A DNA stretch of 32,000 nt from Erysipelotrichaceae bacterium (GCA_028698185.1 JAQVDW010000009.1:30001-62000), one strand, 5' to 3'; shown: positions 8,787 through 17,476, numbered from the stretch's first letter. A program made the numbers and translations. The notes: generated from the letters alone by a model not told the origin.

Positions 8787-10073
8787 TTACTTTTTAAGAT
8801 TGTCTCTTACAAATTCAAGAGCTTTTCTTGTAAGTAAATCAGACTCTAAACGGTCCATATTATTAGCGAAGATGTTTTTAACTTCTTCTAACTCTCTTTG
8901 GTAAGTGTCAGCGATCAATTGCAATTCAGCATCTAGTTCTTCTTGAGTGTTTTCCAATCCTTCAGCTTTCACGATTTGTGCTAGAATCGCGTTCAATTTG
9001 AAACGGTCAACCGCTTGAGGGCGAACGTCTTCGGCGATCTTGTCTTTAGATTGTCCTGTGAATTGTTCATACAATTCGAAGTTCAATCCTTGTTGTTGCA
9101 GGTTCATTTCGATTTCTTGAAGCAACTGTTGTACTTCTTGTTCGATCATAGCTGCTGATTCTTCAACTTTTGAGTTTTCGATGATCGCTTTGAACAGATC
9201 TTCGTTGAATTTGTTATCGACTTCTGATTCCTTGCGGCTAGTAAGATCTTTAGTCACATGTTCTTTAAGTTGGTCTAAAGTTTCAACACCTTCGATGTTC
9301 ACATCTTTAGCCAATTCGTCATCGATTTCTGGCAATGTTTTTGTTTTGATGTCGATGATTTTACATTTGAATGTAGCTTCTTTACCTGCAAGGTTTTCAG
9401 CACCGTAGTTTTCAGGGAAAGTGACAACAACGTCTTTTTCTTCACCAGCTTTAAGTCCAACCAATTGGTCTTCGAATCCAGGGATGAATGAACCTGAACC
9501 GATTTCCAATGGATAAGCTTCACCTTTTCCACCTTCGAAAGCTTCACCATCAACGAATCCTTCGAAATCGATTGTAGCTGTGTCGTTTAGTTCAACTGCT
9601 GCTTCTTCACCTTTTACAGACAATTCAGCGAATTGTTGTTGGTAGTTTTTAAGAGCGTTTTCGATTTCTTCGTCAGTCACTTCAACTGTTCCTTTGGCAA
9701 CTTCCAAATCTTTGTATTGTCCAAGTTCAACTTCTGGCAATACTGGGACGCTGATTACAACAGTGATTCCTTCGTCATCCATTTGTTCGATGTTTACAGC
9801 CGGTTGAGCGATTGGAGCCAATTTGTTTTCCATCAAGGCTTTTCCATAGTTTTCTGACAACAAGGCATCGATTGCTTCTTGTTGGATTGAAGCTTGAGAA
9901 ATTTTTGAGCGCACTAATTGTTTAGGTGCTTTTCCCTGTCTGAATCCATCAACTTTGACATTTTTAGCTAATTTATCAACTGCTGCTTCTTTAGCGCCAG
10001 TCCATTCTTCTTTATCAAAAGAAAGTTTGACTTCTGTGATTGCGTTTTCTAATCTTTTAATACTTGTATTCAT
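8787..10073 (-). CDS. tig: trigger factor
   Basis: 428 aa. N-terminal ribosome-binding domain (GFRQGKAPK), FKBP PPIase segment (FIPGFEDQLVGLKAGEEK) and a C-terminal helical domain. Codon usage looks strongly biased, as in highly expressed genes. Confidence 0.95.
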   Translation of the reverse strand: MNTSIKRLENAITEVKLSFDKEEWTGAKEAAVDKLAKNVKVDGFRQGKAPKQLVRSKISQASIQQEAIDALLSENYGKALMENKLAPIAQPAVNIEQMDDEGITVVISVPVLPEVELGQYKDLEVAKGTVEVTDEEIENALKNYQQQFAELSVKGEEAAVELNDTATIDFEGFVDGEAFEGGKGEAYPLEIGSGSFIPGFEDQLVGLKAGEEKDVVVTFPENYGAENLAGKEATFKCKIIDIKTKTLPEIDDELAKDVNIEGVETLDQLKEHVTKDLTSRKESEVDNKFNEDLFKAIIENSKVEESAAMIEQEVQQLLQEIEMNLQQQGLNFELYEQFTGQSKDKIAEDVRPQAVDRFKLNAILAQIVKAEGLENTQEELDAELQLIADTYQRELEEVKNIFANNMDRLESDLLTRKALEFVRDNLKK

Positions 10074-10102
10074 ACTGATCTCCTTTTTTTGTTTCGCACC
10101 TT

Positions 10103-10131
10103 ATTATATACTAAATGCCCGGTTTATTCAA
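10103..10131 (-). promoter_or_regulatory. tig promoter
   Basis: Minus strand TTGAAT (10131..10126), 17 nt, TATAAT (10108..10103), then RBS AAAGGAGA. Confidence 0.65.
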
Positions 10132-10135
10132 CTAA

Positions 10136-11053
10136 TTAATACTCGATTGCCTTGAAATTTTCAAGATATTCCTGGATTTGAGCCTCATCACCATAATAAT
10201 CCAGCTCGATTTCCTCCAGGGAAATGTCGATATTCTGAAGCGTCGCAAGATAGTAGTGGATTGCGCCGGCAAGATTGTTTACCTGATCATCCTCGATTGT
10301 CTCAGGGAAAATCTCGTAAAGGTAGACCGTCAAAAACTGAAGGGCCTGGTCGAACAGTGACGGATTCTCATCTTCCATGTTCTCACTTAGCGCTGCCACG
10401 ATCCGATCGACACTTAGCTGTTCGAGCACTGGATTCATCAACGAAGGGTTGATATATTCCTCGTGATAACCTTTGACAACAAGAAACTCCTCATCGATCA
10501 CCTGTTCGATAAGCATCTCGATGATCAGGCTCTTGGCAAAACTTGGGGCCTGTTCATTTTTCAAGAATGCATGGATATAAGGCAACAAACGGCGGATATT
10601 GAGCGATTGCATCTGGTTGATCGCCAGATAAATGACATCGCTGTTTGTATTTCGGCCCATCAGGATGGCCTCGATATCCTCGAGATTGAAAGTCTGGTTG
10701 TTGTAGTCAAACTCGCTTTCATGCTTGGCAAGAAGCAGCTGATCATAAACTTCGTTAAACATCATCTCATAATTGTTGGGGATGTACGGCATCGACAATT
10801 CCTCGATGACCATGTCGATAGCCTCGTCATACTGTTCCAATTCCTTTAGTATTGTCAGATACAAACCGACAACTTCATAATAGCTCTGTTCCGCTTTAAC
10901 TTTGGCGATAATCGCTTCCTGAAGCGCCTGATTGTATTCATTCAAGCCGACCAGGCAAATTAGCCGCTGCAAGCGGACATTTTCATCTTCGAGATCAGTA
11001 AGCAGCTTTAAAGCTTTTTGATACTCCTGGTTTTCAATATACTCATTAATCAT
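10136..11053 (-). CDS. TPR-like helical repeat protein (YsoA-like by position upstream of tig)
   Basis: 305 aa, all-helical and acidic, with TPR-like N-terminal repeats (YQKALKLL..., YNQALQEAI..., YDEAIDMV). B. subtilis also has a TPR protein (ysoA) next to tig. The family assignment comes from memory of that synteny only. Confidence 0.55.
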   Translation of the reverse strand: MINEYIENQEYQKALKLLTDLEDENVRLQRLICLVGLNEYNQALQEAIIAKVKAEQSYYEVVGLYLTILKELEQYDEAIDMVIEELSMPYIPNNYEMMFNEVYDQLLLAKHESEFDYNNQTFNLEDIEAILMGRNTNSDVIYLAINQMQSLNIRRLLPYIHAFLKNEQAPSFAKSLIIEMLIEQVIDEEFLVVKGYHEEYINPSLMNPVLEQLSVDRIVAALSENMEDENPSLFDQALQFLTVYLYEIFPETIEDDQVNNLAGAIHYYLATLQNIDISLEEIELDYYGDEAQIQEYLENFKAIEY

Positions 11054-11198
11054 CTATATTCTTCTCGTCCTCTAATTCGTCGAATTCATAAACAACTTCA
11101 TTATGATCCGCATTTTTTTCCAATTCCAGCCGCTCGAGAATATTCAAATATTCTTCATCACGGCCGTTTTGCTTTTGGCCATCATCGATAAATGCCAT
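11046..11198 (-). CDS. unlisted 50-aa highly acidic ORF
   Basis: Sequence MAFIDDGQKQNGRDEEYLNILERLELEKNADHNEVVYEFDELEDEKNIDD. ATG 11198..11196 lies 3 nt after the LysR stop, with AGAAGG upstream. Its TAA (11048..11046) overlaps the start of the next ORF by 8 nt. It falls below the 60-aa cutoff of the track. Confidence 0.4.
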   Translation of the reverse strand: MAFIDDGQKQNGRDEEYLNILERLELEKNADHNEVVYEFDELEDEKNIDD

Positions 11199-11201
11199 TG
11201 C

Positions 11202-12080
11202 TCAACCTTCTTTCAATAATTTATAAATTTCCAAGTATTCGTTTTTAAACAAACTGTTCCGATTGAATATAAACATTATATCATGATAGAGATTCATATC
11301 CAAAATATTTAGTAATTCAATTTTACCCTGCTCAACTTCCTTGGCCACGGCCATATGGTAGATGAATGAAATACCTGCTCCAGCCCCCACCAGAGCCTTG
11401 ATGGTATTGATGTCGGAGATGACGTTGATATTGGCAAACGCCTTTAGATTGAGGTTGGATTGGCGCAAAAAGCGTTCCAATATTTCCCGCGAGCCTGAAC
11501 CTTCTTCCCGGACAAATATCGGCAAATCCAAAACATCCTCAATGGTGCATGGTCCGCCAAGCTCAATATCCGGAGATTTTATCGCCACATACCTGGCTTT
11601 GTCAAAACAGACACCCTCGAAACTGTTCTTGTCATAGTAGCCTTCGACAACCGCAAAATCCAATTCACCATCAAGCAGCTTCTGGCAAAGTTGCCTGGTG
11701 TTGGCAATCAAAAATTCCACTTTGTGATGCCTGGCCAGCTTGACTACCCTGGGTGCCACCAGATATTGACCGGCGGTCTTGGTGGCCCCAAAGCGCAAAG
11801 GAGCCTCATATTGACAGTGAAGCACATCAAGCAGTTTCGCCTCATCGACCTGCATGGCGACAAGTTTTTCATAGAGGGTCAAGCCAGCCGGAGTCAACAT
11901 CAAGCGGCGATTTTGGTAGTCGAACAGTTTGACCTGGTAATAACGCTCCAAATACCTTATCTGGCTGCTTACCGCCGGCTGGGTCAGATTCAAGACTGCC
12001 GCAGCCTTGGTGAAACTGTTTTTCTTGACCACTGTAATAAATGTGTTTACCCGGAAATCCAGCATCTTCTCACCATTCAT
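11202..12080 (-). CDS. LysR-family transcriptional regulator (YeiE-like, divergent from yeiH)
   Basis: The N-terminal wHTH reads FTKAAAVLNLTQPAVSSQIRYLE, followed by a LysR substrate-binding domain. The true start may be ATG 12065 (MLDFRV...), preceded by GGTGAG. Confidence 0.9.
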   Translation of the reverse strand: MNGEKMLDFRVNTFITVVKKNSFTKAAAVLNLTQPAVSSQIRYLERYYQVKLFDYQNRRLMLTPAGLTLYEKLVAMQVDEAKLLDVLHCQYEAPLRFGATKTAGQYLVAPRVVKLARHHKVEFLIANTRQLCQKLLDGELDFAVVEGYYDKNSFEGVCFDKARYVAIKSPDIELGGPCTIEDVLDLPIFVREEGSGSREILERFLRQSNLNLKAFANINVISDINTIKALVGAGAGISFIYHMAVAKEVEQGKIELLNILDMNLYHDIMFIFNRNSLFKNEYLEIYKLLKEG

Positions 12081-12163
12081 AAATTAAATTTATCAGTACA
12101 TAATTATTTATAATTTTATTTTAGGTATTTGTCAAGCTATACTGCCTGTAGGAGGTAATTATC

Positions 12164-13186
12164 ATGGAACTGAACATCTTAACATCAAAAATCCAAAAAA
12201 TCACAGCCTTGTTTCCAGGAATAATGCTTTGCACCATAATCGCCGCCATCGCCACTTGTATGGGCAGCTTGATTCCCACCGTCGGCGCACCGTTATTTGG
12301 AATCATCCTGGGCATAATAGCCAACACATTTATTTTCCTGGACAATTCATTTTCCCCAGGCATCGCCTTTTCAGGCAAAAAGATATTGCAATGGGCAGTA
12401 ATCCTACTCGGTTTCAAACTGTCCACCAAAACCATCGTCACAACCGGACTTTCCTGTTTGCCGGTGATCATCGCCACCATAACCGTCGCCCTTGCCACGG
12501 CTTTCCTTGTTTTCAAGGCTTTTAAAATTCCCGAGGACCAGGCAATCCTGATCGGCATCGGATCTTGCATTTGCGGGGGATCGGCAATTGCTGCCGGAGC
12601 GGCAACCATCAATGCAAAAAAAGAAGACATCACCATATCTTTGGGCGTCATCTTCTTGTTCAATATAATTGCAGCTTTGATATTCCCGGCTTTGGGCGAT
12701 TCTATTCACCTTTCCAACGCGGGCTTCGCTTTGTTTGCCGGAACCGCGGTGAACGATACCTCAAGCGTCACGGCAACCGCCCTGGCCTGGGACCAGATCC
12801 ACCAAAGCAACATCTTAGGTTTGGCCACCGCTGTCAAACTGACCCGGACATTGGCGATAATTCCGATCACCTTGATATTGGGCATTGTCAAAAAGCGGCA
12901 GACAAAGGAAAGTCTCCAGTTGAAGGGCTTATTCCCGACTTTCATCCTGTATTTTTTAATGGCATCGGCCATTTCAAGCTATTTCACCTTAAGCCCGGCG
13001 ACACTGGGTGCAATCAGCGAATCGTCGTCGTTTCTTATTGTCATGGCAATGGGCGCGATCGGTTTGAACACCAGGCCGAAGTCACTTATTACCAACGCCA
13101 AAAAACCAATACTTATGGGCTTGATCATCTGGATCAATATAATCATCACTTCGTTGGCCGTCCAATGGATGATAGGCATCAATTAG
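12164..13186 (+). CDS. YeiH/UPF0324-family membrane protein (putative sulfate exporter family)
   Basis: 340 aa, about 10 TM segments, glycine-rich helices. RBS TAGGAGG is followed by a 7-nt spacer before the ATG. It is divergently paired with a LysR gene, like E. coli yeiE-yeiH. Confidence 0.8.
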   Translation: MELNILTSKIQKITALFPGIMLCTIIAAIATCMGSLIPTVGAPLFGIILGIIANTFIFLDNSFSPGIAFSGKKILQWAVILLGFKLSTKTIVTTGLSCLPVIIATITVALATAFLVFKAFKIPEDQAILIGIGSCICGGSAIAAGAATINAKKEDITISLGVIFLFNIIAALIFPALGDSIHLSNAGFALFAGTAVNDTSSVTATALAWDQIHQSNILGLATAVKLTRTLAIIPITLILGIVKKRQTKESLQLKGLFPTFILYFLMASAISSYFTLSPATLGAISESSSFLIVMAMGAIGLNTRPKSLITNAKKPILMGLIIWINIIITSLAVQWMIGIN

Positions 13187-13575
13187 GTCCGTTTGGAGAA
13201 CTTGTTGCCACAGCGCGGACATGTGATCGCTATCTTCCCGCGACCTTTTGGAACTCTTGTCAACTGGCGGCATTGCTTGCAGCGATAGTATCGGAAATCG
13301 CGATTTTTAAGTTGCAACCCGACCATGCGCAACCATTCTCTTATGGGTAAAGAAATCTTCAGGAACCAGTTGAGCTCCTGCCTTCTTTTCTGGTACTTTC
13401 GCGAAAACGAACGGAAAAGGCTGTACAACATCAGGCCGTAGCTTGGATAAAATAACCAGCTGCTGTTGACAAAGAGATTCATTATGGCCAATGTCAAAGC
13501 CAAGCCGATCAGAAAGCTGTTGAAAAGATCGTTGCCATAACGGCCATATAAAAAACGCATCAATTTTTCACGCAT
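13183..13575 (-). CDS. membrane protein with C-terminal zinc ribbon
   Basis: Two TM segments, then CKQC...CPRC (a 4-Cys ribbon). RBS GAAGGTGA. I recall this as a family common in clostridia and bacilli. Its stop overlaps the yeiH stop (TTAG). Confidence 0.7.
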   Translation of the reverse strand: MREKLMRFLYGRYGNDLFNSFLIGLALTLAIMNLFVNSSWLFYPSYGLMLYSLFRSFSRKYQKRRQELNWFLKISLPIREWLRMVGLQLKNRDFRYYRCKQCRQLTRVPKGRGKIAITCPRCGNKFSKRT

Positions 13576-13661
13576 TGTTTCACCTTCTTTCCTGGGAATT
13601 CTATCACGGTTAAGTTAACAGAACATGAATTATATCAATGTAAACCTATCTTCTTATAAAT

Positions 13662-13687
13662 ATTCAAAAGCGGCCATTTCTAGCCGC
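13662..13687 (-). terminator. terminator after tRNA-Arg copy 1
   Basis: Minus strand GCGGC-TAGAAATG-GCCGC followed by TTTTGAATATTT. Confidence 0.5.
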
Positions 13688-13688
13688 A

Positions 13689-13776
13689 TAATAATCAAAT
13701 GGCGTCCACTAAGGGATTCGAACCCCTGACCGCACGCTTAGAAGGCGTGTGCTCTATCCGGCTGAGCTAAGTGGAC
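13689..13776. repeat. 88-bp direct repeat, copy 1 (tRNA-Arg plus 11 nt of 3' flank)
   Basis: Identical by eye to 17617..17704. Identity ends at both borders. Confidence 0.9.
13700..13776 (-). tRNA. tRNA-Arg (anticodon UCU), CCA encoded
   Basis: Hand-folded cloverleaf on the minus strand. Acceptor GTCCACT/AGTGGAC; D arm GCTC-AGCCGGATA-GAGC; anticodon arm CACGC-CTTCTAA-GCGTG (anticodon TCT); variable loop CGGTC; T arm AGGGG-TTCGAAT-CCCTT; discriminator G plus CCA. Confidence 0.95.
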
Positions 13777-13808
13777 CTGATTTCATAAATATTCGAATTC
13801 GTAAGCAC

Positions 13809-13836
13809 ATTATACACTATAATTGGATCTATGCAA
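13809..13836 (-). promoter_or_regulatory. putative promoter of tRNA-Arg copy 1
   Basis: Minus strand TTGCAT (13836..13831), 16 nt, TATAAT (13814..13809). Confidence 0.5.
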
Positions 13837-13895
13837 TAACAATTATCAGATTTTATGACCGGATTGAACCCGGGCCGCCGTTTTTTGGCCGGTTT

Positions 13896-13932
13896 GTGGC
13901 ATCCATCGATTGTGGCAATTGATGGATGCCAC
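13896..13932. repeat. perfect 12-bp-stem inverted repeat
   Basis: GTGGCATCCATC (13896..13907), 13-nt loop GATTGTGGCAATT, GATGGATGCCAC (13921..13932). No U-run follows on either strand. Confidence 0.9.
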
Positions 13933-13992
13933 GAACAATTTCAACTTTTCGCTGGCCCCATTCCAAAATCAGGTATCGGTTTTTACGACTAT

Positions 13993-14154
13993 TTACAGGA
14001 AATCGACCTTCGCGGTCGCCCCCATTGGTAAGAATGTCGGTTTGACATTGGGAATTATCGACACGATTTCACCTTCGATACTGTTCAAATATTGCTCAAG
14101 CCTGGCCTTGTCCTTGTTCATGTTGATGTCAAATCTTAGTACCCGGTATTTCAT
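13993..14154 (-). CDS. 53-aa hypothetical protein
   Basis: Sequence MKYRVLRFDINMNKDKARLEQYLNSIEGEIVSIIPNVKPTFLPMGATAKVDFL. ATG 14154..14152 is preceded by AAAGGAGGA plus a 6-nt spacer. The longer track ORF (start 14196) lacks an RBS. Confidence 0.55.
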   Translation of the reverse strand: MKYRVLRFDINMNKDKARLEQYLNSIEGEIVSIIPNVKPTFLPMGATAKVDFL

Positions 14155-14334
14155 ACAAATCCTCCTTTTTATCTGAATATTGAAGACAAAACCCAATCAT
14201 TGAATTATGATATTTCCTGATACGACCGAGGGGGCCATAAGGATAAACCCCAGTTAGCATGATGTGATGACATCCCAACAAAAATGAATATAATCATTGC
14301 CACAACATCACGAGGAAATAAAGAATAGGCATCG

Positions 14335-15366
14335 TCAGAATACTGCACCCAGCTTATAGGCGATGTAAAGAACATAGAAACTGACGTACACAAATCCCCA
14401 GTATTTGGAAATCCGGTTGGACCGCCATACCGGGACAAGCAAAAGTATTGAAGCGAAAATCATTGCGGCCAAGTCCCCAAAGATCGACAGATCGGCAAAT
14501 GTGATTGGGTTGATCATGCCACTAAGCCCTAAAACAAGCAGGATATTCATGATATTGCTGCCAATGATATTCCCTACTGCGATGTCATCCTCCTTTTTGA
14601 TCACCGCAATTATCCCGGCAACAAATTCCGGCAAAGATGTCCCAAATGCGATAATGGTCAATCCGATCAATTCTTTAGCCAATCCCAGCGAAGAGGCGAT
14701 GGCCACCGCATTGTCGACTGCGAATTTGGCACCAAGAACCATCGCAATCAATCCGGCTATAAAACGGGGCCCATGTTTTTTCAAGGTTTTTCCGGGGTAA
14801 TCATCCATCCTGATTGGCTGCTTTTGATCGGTTTGGTTCACGATCACCGCTTCATCTTCCAGCAACTCGAAAATCTCCAATTCCGCAGGCGAATCCGGAA
14901 ACTCATCCCTTGAAATCTGTCTGGTCTTGGATACTATGAAACCCACAAAGCCGACCATCCCGCCAAGGAGAACTCCCGCCTCCAGCCGGGACAGCCACAG
15001 ACCACTAGCTACCATCAAAAGGAGGATAACCTGGATAAGTATCGATAACAGAATTTCCCTTTTGATCGCTTGGTAATCGATCAATATCGGTGCGATCATG
15101 ACCGTCACTCCGATCACCAGGGTAATGTTGACAATACTGCTGCCCACGACATCGCCCACAGCGAGCAGGTTGGCTTTTTCAAACCCGGAATAAATGCCGA
15201 TGACCGCTTCGGGAAAACTGGTTCCCAAGGCCACTACAAAGATCCCGACAATGAATCCGGGAATATTGAACGCCTTGGCCATGACTGATGCCGAACTTAC
15301 CATCATATCGGCACCTTTGACCAGCACGAGCAGACCCGCAGCCAAAACAAGAAATTCAATGACCAT
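14335..15366 (-). CDS. CaCA-family cation/Ca2+ antiporter (YrbG-like)
   Basis: 343 aa. The two alpha-repeat signatures GTSFPE and GTSLPE lie in separate TM bundles, split by a hydrophilic loop. RBS GGGGTGA. Confidence 0.9.
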   Translation of the reverse strand: MVIEFLVLAAGLLVLVKGADMMVSSASVMAKAFNIPGFIVGIFVVALGTSFPEAVIGIYSGFEKANLLAVGDVVGSSIVNITLVIGVTVMIAPILIDYQAIKREILLSILIQVILLLMVASGLWLSRLEAGVLLGGMVGFVGFIVSKTRQISRDEFPDSPAELEIFELLEDEAVIVNQTDQKQPIRMDDYPGKTLKKHGPRFIAGLIAMVLGAKFAVDNAVAIASSLGLAKELIGLTIIAFGTSLPEFVAGIIAVIKKEDDIAVGNIIGSNIMNILLVLGLSGMINPITFADLSIFGDLAAMIFASILLLVPVWRSNRISKYWGFVYVSFYVLYIAYKLGAVF

Positions 15367-15545
15367 GATATCACCCCATCCCTAATATCATTTTACAACA
15401 TCGGCCCTCAACAAACAATCAAACGGGCCAAAACAATCAAAAAATACCAATTAGACCGCATTTTTTCAAAACAAAAGACCAAGCAAAGGTTTTTTACACC
15501 GCCCGGTCTTTTTAATTGCATAAACCCCCATGAAAATCGCGGATA

Positions 15546-16028
15546 TCATTTCCCCAGCAATCGGATGATATCTTTTTCCATTTCCGCCGGTTCGACATTT
15601 GGCCCAAACCTTTTGACCACTTCGCCATTGCGACCAACCAGGAACTTCGTAAAATTCCACTTGATATTCCGGGACAGCAGACCCTTCTGTTGCTTTTTCA
15701 AGTAGGTGTACAAAGGATCCTCATTTTCACCATTGACATCGATTTTCGCGAACTGCTCAAAGGTAATCCCAAATCTGCCGGTGCAAAAAGTCGCAATCTC
15801 TTCATTACTCCCCGGGGCCTGACTGGCGAACTGGTTGCAGGGAAAATCCAGGATCTCGAGCCCTTTATGCCGATATTTTTCATACAGTTCCTGCAACCCG
15901 GCGTACTGGGGTGTAAAACCGCAGGCTGTCGCCGTGTTGACAATAAGCAGCACTTTGTTTTTGTAGTCTCCTAGATTCCTTATTGTCCCATCCATCTTTA
16001 AAACACTGTAATCATAGACACTCATCAT
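15546..16028 (-). CDS. glutathione peroxidase (Cys type)
   Basis: The signatures NTATACGFT (Cys encoded by TGC, not TGA), FPCNQF and WNFTKFLV are present. The start is chosen at MMSVYDY (ATG 16028), by analogy with the usual GPx N-terminus. The GTG-initiated extension back to 16121 has no RBS. Confidence 0.88.
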   Translation of the reverse strand: MMSVYDYSVLKMDGTIRNLGDYKNKVLLIVNTATACGFTPQYAGLQELYEKYRHKGLEILDFPCNQFASQAPGSNEEIATFCTGRFGITFEQFAKIDVNGENEDPLYTYLKKQQKGLLSRNIKWNFTKFLVGRNGEVVKRFGPNVEPAEMEKDIIRLLGK

Positions 16029-16181
16029 TATCACCATCTCTTTCAACCTGATTTTTCCGGCAAACTCAAACGAAAACACAAATAAAGTGAAAACCAGTTG
16101 ACCAGGATTTAACCAGCTCACTTTCTACCATATTTGAATTGGCAAAGGCAAGCGCAACAATCATGAACGATCTTTATTTTT

Positions 16182-17303
16182 TCACGGTATTTCAACCACA
16201 TCATCCATATCTAGGCTCACCGCATTTGTTGCCCTGCTTCCTGTCGCATTCAAGTTAACGGCTTTTATTTTCATTTTATAGGGCATACCGGCAATAATAT
16301 CCAAACCATCGGAAGATGAATTAAAGACACTGACATTCGCGATATTGACGTTGCAGTCAAACCCGAATTCGCTCGACGCATCAAAAGCAAATATGCCAAC
16401 GGCGTTTTCATCAGTCGTTATTATGTTTATATTGCTTATATTCACGTTCAACTGACATGCGCCAAACTGTATCGCATATGCTTGAAACCCTTCAATATAA
16501 ACATTGGTCAATGTCGTATTATAGCCACCCCGGATATATACAGGTATCGAGGTTCCATGATGATTGTAGACATGCAACCCATCTATCAGCCACCCTCCAC
16601 CAGACCCGATGACAACCGCCAAATTATCACCGCTACCCTGAGATACGCAATTAAGAAGCGAACCGTCAGTCAAAACGACATTGTCATCAGCACCGAAGTA
16701 GTAGGATACGTCTTGCGCGTTCCGGACCATACAGTTGATGACTTTGTTTTCAATCAGCGTACTTGATGCGCCTTCGGTTGAGAACTCTATTCCATGACCG
16801 CCGACGTTGGCTACTGTAACATTGTCAATCGTACTATAGTAGTCATTCAATACGATTCCGGTATTGGCGCTTTGGGTAACATCTCCGGTCACTGTAAGAT
16901 CTCGGATAACGGTGTATCCGGCAATACTGCCATAATGCTTGATGACCGGCTTGTTGACACCAATCATCGATATGAATGTTCTACCGGAAACTCCTTGCAA
17001 GGTCATACCGGAATATAACAAGATCGATGTATTAATATTATAAGTTTTTCCTTCAAGCTGGACGACATTAAACCCATTGCCGCGTGCAAAATCGATTGCC
17101 TCCTGGATGGTTTCAAAAGAACCGGCATTAACCACACCAGCATCAGGATTACCAGGGTAGTTTACAACATCATTATATTCATCGGTTAATAACCCCAGAC
17201 CGCGATAATGTCCAGCGTTTTCAACACCTGCAATATTCGACAGCAAGACCACAACAGACAGAAAGAAAACCAATACCACTAATCCTAGAGATTTCAAGAT
17301 CAC
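16182..17303 (-). CDS. secreted/anchored right-handed beta-helix protein (pectate-lyase-superfamily, tailspike/depolymerase-like fold)
   Basis: N-terminal hydrophobic anchor (LGLVVLVFFLSVVVLL). A Pectate_lyase_3-like head (FETIQEAIDFARGNGFNVVQLEGKTYNI). Then repeated segments of about 22 aa rich in N/G/V/I. The track start, GTG 17309, abuts the SD. GTG 17303 has AAGGGG plus a 5-nt spacer and is preferred. Confidence 0.75.
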   Translation of the reverse strand: MILKSLGLVVLVFFLSVVVLLSNIAGVENAGHYRGLGLLTDEYNDVVNYPGNPDAGVVNAGSFETIQEAIDFARGNGFNVVQLEGKTYNINTSILLYSGMTLQGVSGRTFISMIGVNKPVIKHYGSIAGYTVIRDLTVTGDVTQSANTGIVLNDYYSTIDNVTVANVGGHGIEFSTEGASSTLIENKVINCMVRNAQDVSYYFGADDNVVLTDGSLLNCVSQGSGDNLAVVIGSGGGWLIDGLHVYNHHGTSIPVYIRGGYNTTLTNVYIEGFQAYAIQFGACQLNVNISNINIITTDENAVGIFAFDASSEFGFDCNVNIANVSVFNSSSDGLDIIAGMPYKMKIKAVNLNATGSRATNAVSLDMDDVVEIP

Positions 17304-17416
17304 TTTCACCCCTTACAATCGACCACCAAGCCAAATCAAAGGCAATATCTGAAAAAATAAAATCAGGATGCGCGATTCCCACGCATATTCAAGTCAAGAC
17401 ATACCGTGACTGAATC

Positions 17417-17476
17417 GGACAAACTTTCTCGCTTATATTGTATTCCTTTTGGATTGATTTGTGAAAGGATTTGTCC
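17417..17476. repeat. nested inverted repeats in the beta-helix gene leader
   Basis: Outer arms GGACAAA (17417..17423) and TTTGTCC (17470..17476). Inner arms TCCTTT (17444..17449) and AAAGGA (17464..17469). Confidence 0.6.

Noticed and set aside
12081-12163. The AT-rich dyad ATTATTTATAAT (12103..12114) as a LysR T-N11-A operator in the LysR/yeiH intergenic region.
   Set aside because: The region is almost pure A/T, where short palindromes arise by chance. I cannot tell a real site from background without comparative data.
12121-13350. ORFs 12121..12663 (-), 12229..12525 (+) and 12565..13350 (+) overlapping the yeiH-like gene.
   Set aside because: Their composition is implausible (runs of R/H/G/C). 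The in-frame 340-aa membrane protein has a strong RBS and coherent TM periodicity. The others are alternative or antisense frames of it.
13910-14176. 88-aa plus-strand ORF antisense to the 53-aa ORF.
   Set aside because: It has a non-ATG start inside the 12-bp hairpin and no RBS. It is fully antisense to an ORF that has a consensus RBS.
15546-16121. Selenocysteine, or a hydrophobic N-terminal extension, in the glutathione peroxidase.
   Set aside because: The catalytic residue is encoded by TGC (Cys), not TGA. The 32-aa extension would need a GTG start with no SD. MMSVYDY matches the usual GPx N-terminus.
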